Below, piece by piece: positions 58,506-64,000 of a stretch of DNA of 64,000 nucleotides (within the stretch, counting starts at the first letter, position 1; each line of letters begins with the position of its first letter). The translations under genes were made by a program, and so were the position numbers. The stretch is taken from NCBI GenBank assembly GCA_964016885.1, contig CAXHJY010001088.1, positions 27,980-91,979 of the forward strand, read 5' to 3'. The notes below the pieces were generated by a model, which saw only the letters and a program-made list of their open reading frames with translations, was not told the DNA's origin and searched no databases. This DNA comes from Eledone cirrhosa. Lineage: Eukaryota.

Positions 58506-58754
58506 ATTCACTTGTCCCCTTCTTTTTGTACACAAGTTTTTATCTACTGCAATATCCACACATCCTACCATGTCTATACATTATCCAGAAATTGGGATTA
58601 CCCCCACCCCGCCCACCCCAAAAAGCTTTTGCAGTGGTATTTCCTCCTTCAGACCCACCTAACATTACAGTGGTATTTCACCCTTTATACTCAACCAACA
58701 TCACCAAGACTCATCAGAACAAATAACCACAGCTTCCCTTTCCCCCATTCATCA

Positions 58755-59390
58755 ACCATCACAATCATTACACAGCTAAAATAACCATCACAATCATGAC
58801 AATAGACAGCTAAAATAACCATCACAATCATCACATAATCATAACATTACACAGCTAAATAACCATCCCAATCATTACATAGCTAAATAACCATCACAAT
58901 CATGATATTACACAGCTAAAATAACCATTACAATCTTCACACAATCACTATATTCCACAACTAAAATACCATTGTAATGTTTACACAGCTAAAATACCAT
59001 CGTAATGTTTACATAGTTAAAATACCATTGTAATGTTTACACAGCTAAAATACCATCATAATGTTTACACAACTAAAATACCATCATAATGTTTATATAG
59101 TTAAAATTCATCGTAATGTTTACAGTTAAAATACCATTGTAATGTTTACAGTTAAAATACCATTGTAATGTTTACACAGCTAAAATACCATCATAATGTT
59201 TACACAGCTAAAATACCATCATAATGTTTATATAGTTAAAATTCATCGTAATGTTTACAGTTAAAATACCATTGTAATGTTTACAGTTAAAATACCATTG
59301 TAATGTTTACACAGCTAAAATACCATCACAATATTTATACAGCTAAAATACAGTCTATTCCTTAGACAACTAAAATACCATTCCATTCCT
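58755..59390. repeat. 26-30 bp minisatellite
   Basis: Unit ACACAGCTAAAATACCATTGTAATGTTT and variants, ~20 copies. Confidence 0.95.
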
Positions 59391-59446
59391 TACAATAGTT
59401 TCAGTAAACTACTAAACTCTTAATAATACACTGAGGTGGCAATGTA

Positions 59447-59700
59447 CTACTCATTAGAACGTAGGATAGAATTCTTCACAGTATTCAGTTCTCTGTTCTT
59501 CTTCTCCTCCTCCTGCTTATTCCTGGGAGGGTCATGGGGCAGAGTCCTCAAACACGCTTTCCAGCAGGTCCTATCAGAAGCAACCGTCTCCAACTGATCT
59601 GACTGGATCCCCAAGCTAGACCAGCTGAGCTCATGGATGTTATCCAATCATCTTGCTCAGGAACTACCCCTAGGTCACCTGATTCTTTCCTGAGACATTA
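59447..59700 (-). mobile_element. Old LINE C-terminal fragment
   Basis: LETVASDRTCWKACL resembles the RTE AxDRxxWR terminus. Confidence 0.5.
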
Positions 59701-60344
59701 TAACCACATGCCTATAATATTGGAGCTGTGAACTCTTAATTCAGAGATGTAGCAGCTCTACCTGGAGCTTTCTGAGTTCAAATACAGTCGAGGCCAACTT
59801 TACCTTTCATCTTTTTGAAGTTGATAAAATAAAGTACCAGCTCAGTATTGGAGTTGGTTCCCCAAACTCTTTCTGGAAGCAATTGACTGTGCTCAAACCT
59901 GGAGAAGGATGGGCTCCCAGATTTTAAAAAAATGCCCAAGACAAGCCATGTGTCAATACAGTAGCTCAATGACTCCATCGGGAGTTCAGGGACTATGGAT
60001 GAATAGATGGACACTAAACTGCTAAATATATCAAACTCATTCTAATCTTCAATATTTTCTCATGACAGTTATATGTATATAATATACAACCAAGACTGAA
60101 TCACCTGTCCTTTAAAAGCCAAAACTACACTGCTTTTCAAATCCTATATTCACTCTATTCTCAATGCTATATATATAGAAGGTCTGTAACCATAGGAACC
60201 AATAAAGCTGTGTTCCTCACCACTTCTACTACTTCCATCAGTTGGTAGATTGACAGAATTGGTAGATTGACATTAGTTGGTGGACTGGCAGTAATCAGTA
60301 GAGCATCAGACAAAAAATGTTATGTTTCTCACTATTACTCCTAC

Positions 60345-60575
60345 TACATTTTAGTTGGTAGATTGGCAGAGGCGTTGAAGCATCAAACAAAATGCTATGC
60401 AGTATTTAGTTGTAGGTCTTTTCGTTCTCTGTTCAAATCTTGTCACAATCGACTTTGCCTTTCATCCTTCCAGGGTCGATAAAATAAAACACCAGGAATA
60501 CCGGGGTTAATTTTATCAACTTTGCCTTCCTTCTTCAAATTGCTGGCCTTGTGTCTGAATTACAAATTATTATTA
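60345..60575 (+). mobile_element. Degenerate SINE family 2 (other remnants at 47140-47275 -, 49000-49125 +, 59775-59852 +, 62290-62495 -)
   Basis: GTTCAAATC..GACTTTGCCTTTCATCC..GGGTCGATAAAATAAA..GCTGGCCTTGTG shared with 23880-24068. Confidence 0.7.
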
Positions 60576-61389
60576 CAGCGTTGCTCCACCCCTGTGTGTG
60601 TGGGCACAATACTGTGTCCCCAAACCTATCATCTGAATATATACTAACAACCTATAATGAACTTTTTCACCCATCATAGAATTTTAATTTAAGGAAGCAA
60701 TGTAGCACATCATTCGGCAGATTCTACAGCACCTATTTAGAATTAAGTGGACTGAGATCAGCAAGGGATAAGCCCCAAGACTTATTTCATTCTCTTAGTT
60801 ATTGTGAGATATCTTGTGCATGATCTGGGCTCAAAGGTTTTAAGTGTATTTATTCACCAGCGATGATAAAATATGTATTGCTGGAATTTCACATTAAAAA
60901 TCAGAATCCTAACGAGTGAGGCTCAATGTGGTCAAAATACAAGAAACAGCAGCTACATATTCCTGAGATCAAATCCTAAGACACATAAGACAATGTGGTC
61001 CTAGATATACAATAACGACAGGATATTCATAACTAGAATTCCTTTCATCATTGGTCTGCTCAATCTGAGATGCTTTGTGGTATTTGTTCCAGATCTTTCT
61101 GTTCCGAGTACACATTCTGATGTAGTAGCTTATTTGTGTGGTAGACTTAATTTGTTGCCCAGTTTAACACCATCAGCTGGACCTTGGGTACCTTTGACAT
61201 TGCAGAGTCCACCCTGCTGCTCCAATGACTGTTACCTCAATTGAAAGAAACCAGAATACCATGTACCCCATCGAAGGATCTGTTTTCTCCAGGTCTCTGT
61301 TCATGAAAATAGAGCAACTCTAGCATGAAGTGTCTATTCAAAAGTGGGTGGGGCATGTAATAGTTACGAGTATTATAAATATTAGAAAT

Positions 61390-61640
61390 TGGAGGCACAA
61401 AGCCTAGTGGTAAGGGTATTGGACTTATGATCATAATGTTGTAGGTTTGATTCCTGAACTGGGTTGTGTGTTGTTTTCTTAAGTAAAACACTTCATTTCA
61501 TGTTGCTCCAGTACACTCAGCTGAAAATGAGTACTAGCTATAGCCAGTGGTTTAACCCTGGATTGACTGGCGTCCTGTCTAAGGGAGTACTCTCAGTTGC
61601 TTAACACCAAGAAAACCTGATGACCTTGAAACAGACTTCA
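61390..61640 (+). mobile_element. Degenerate tRNA SINE, same head as 22063 but different (Meta-domain-like) body
   Basis: GGAGGCAC..GCCTAGTGG, GGTTTGATTCC, TTCATTTCATGTTGCTCCAG; then AACCCTG..GACTGGCGTCCTGTC..TACTCTCAGTTGCTT, also seen at 48880-48975. Confidence 0.6.
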
Positions 61641-62685
61641 AGCGTGAAAAAATTGACCAATTGGAAATAAAATTATATTTACAGGGTGTGGCTGAAGAAG
61701 AGAATAGATTCTTGTATTTGTCATTTATGTCTGTTTTTCCAGGTACACAATTGCTGATATGAAATATCTAGATATCTAAATTGAGTTTGGAAAACTTAGG
61801 TTAAGGTGGTATCATCTAAACAAGGGTGTGCATGATTAAAAGTAACAAGCTTTTAAAAGAAAACTTTTAATTCTTTTCTTTCTAATGAAATACACACTGC
61901 ACACCGTGTCTCAATTAATTTTGGAAATTAACCGAAATTTAGTAAAATAACTACCGCATTCTGCCAGGAGTTGCAATCGGTAGATAGTATCAGCAATGGA
62001 AAAACCAATGGAAATATTGTTTCCTTGGTTTGATTTGACAAGTTTCAAAACACTCAGTAAGTGAATGAGGTCTGAGATCTTGTTGATTTGATTGAACTTC
62101 ATATATATTTTTAGATAAGTCAGTTTTTTTACTTTAAAAATTGAACACAAGCTGCATGTGACTTATCTACCAAACCTTGTTCTAGACTTGAAATACTAAA
62201 TAATGAAGCAAAAAATATTATATGGTGTTTGGAACATAACTTAATAAAGATTCTTACTTAAAATTATGATAGGTTTTTAGATAAATATTGATTTGTAATT
62301 TAGGCTCAAAACCAGCAAATATGAGGGGAAGACAAAGTTGATTAAATTATCCCCAGTACGTGACTGGTACTTTATTTCATTGACACCGGAAGAATGAAAA
62401 GTAAAGTCGAGCTCGGTGGGATTTCAACTCAGAATGTAAAGAGCCAGAACAAATGCCACAACAGCATTTTATCCGACACTCTACCAATTCTGCCTTAATT
62501 TTTTGGATAATTATTAAAACTTAAAAATATACAACTTAGAGTGGTTTCAGGTGTTTTGGTATCCAAAGAGTTAGGCTTTTAGATGAAATTATGAGGCTAT
62601 GTCTTAAATATGAACAGCTTAAATTGAAATCGGAGGTATCAAAAGAGTTAAATCTAACCCATTTTGTGTTGGTGCTTTGAATATG

Positions 62686-62726
<41 letters not shown>

Positions 62727-62881
62727 CCACTTATACTCATGTGAAAGTCAAATCTTTTAGACCATTTTTTTTAGCTTAAATTTATGGGATCGATTATTAC
62801 ATGGATACTACTTTTAGTTAGACATAGAAGCTCCCACATCTTGAGATACATGGGGAAGCTAAAGTGCTCCAATGACCACAG

Positions 62882-63090
62882 TCAGTTGCATCGGTCAATA
62901 CATCGTTCCAACTTTTGTCGATAGCTTTCAGGTCTCTGTTGATTGTCTGCCACCAATTCATCTTGGGACGTTCTCTTCACCTCTTTCCATGTGTGTGTAT
63001 GGGGGGTACCAATACAAGACCTGATTAGCATGTCTCTCATTTGGGAACCATGTGACATGTCCCAACCAGTCAAGTTGAAGCTTGCACATG
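62882..63090 (-). mobile_element. Old LINE RT C-terminal fragment
   Basis: QLDWLGHV...ERHANQVLYWYP similar to the LINE RLRWxGHV motif. Confidence 0.6.
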
Positions 63091-64000
63091 ATGCACACAA
63101 CCATCCAAATCATGCATAAAAACACACTTTGTACTACAAAACACATAAATATGATTATGTAGCTCTTATAAATAATTCCACTTGTATGTACATCAGGACA
63201 TAGTAATGTAGTAAAAATATTGTCCTCATCCCATTTATGTTCAAGATATCTATTTTTTCACAAATATTGGTGCATGAAGAAATGAGGGAGGGGATCGATC
63301 GACGAGACCCTGGATCTTACTTGCTTACCAAGTGACCAAGTGGAGTGGAACTAGTCAAATCGGACCAAAAAAAATTGTTTCCATTGGTCTTTCTGTTGCT
63401 GATACTATCCACTGGTTGCTATTCCTGAAGAACAGGGTCAACTTTTACATGAATTATATGGAAAAATCAAAAGTTTAGGGACAATAAAAATAGGTGATCA
63501 ACATTTACACAACCATATATGGTTATATGATTTAGAAGAATTGGTAACACTCCAACTAAATACTTTAAATATTTAATTTTTTACTTTTTATCTTATTTTT
63601 TGTTTTGTTTATTTTATTTTATTTTATTTTATTTTATTTTATTTTATTTTATTTTATTTTATTTTATTTGTTATAGCGTTGTTTGCTATAGCTTTCCAAT
63701 GGACCAGTCGCTGGTTCACTGCATTTCTGATGGCAAGACTGAGAAGGAAATGTCTGTGAAATTTGGGTGGAATAAATACAAGTTATTTTTTTGTTTGATG
63801 CACTGATTTATCAACAGTTTCTCATCAATGTGTATATACATACATACATACCATTTAAATTATTTTGATCAGTTAAGTGTACGACAACAGAACGCCATAC
63901 TGGAAGATATGCTGTAAATTTTAATTCCATGAAATCATTATACATATTTCAATGGCCCAGCTCCATCATCCATTTATGATGCAAGACAGGATGGTCTCAT

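Noticed and set aside
58755-59390. CRISPR-like array
   Set aside because: Contiguous units without unique spacers, no cas genes, eukaryotic context
61615-61640. CTGATGA-CCTT-GAAAC hammerhead-like string (also CTGATGA at 48954 and 16391)
   Set aside because: No stem II or stem I pairing and no NUH in register; the first two lie in decayed SINE tails

Overview
Eukaryotic, AT-rich animal DNA. The repeat families, (TA)n load and C2H2 gene style suggest a coleoid cephalopod (octopus-like); this is an inference. Roughly the first 53 kb is a pile-up of retroelements, many sitting in TCTG/TATG-interrupted (TA)n microsatellite. They include RTE-clade LINEs (one intact 1181-aa ORF with three C-terminal C2H2 fingers, and many copies of a second family with a PHD-like C4HC3 finger inserted in the RT), two 5'-truncated CR1-type LINEs, several Penelope-like elements (PLEs) of three lineages and tRNA-headed SINEs. 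A host single-exon six-finger C2H2 gene lies at 56.4-57.4 kb. The main hidden signal is a set of nine hammerhead-ribozyme (HHR) motifs, folded by eye, in four architectures. One is a complete canonical type I HHR inside a 636-bp non-coding unit arranged as a partial tandem (retrozyme-like). One has a ~90-nt branched stem II. One family has an extra core nucleotide and covarying stem II, and one is the minimal PLE type. Nearly all long 'YIYI' ORFs in the track are microsatellite artefacts.
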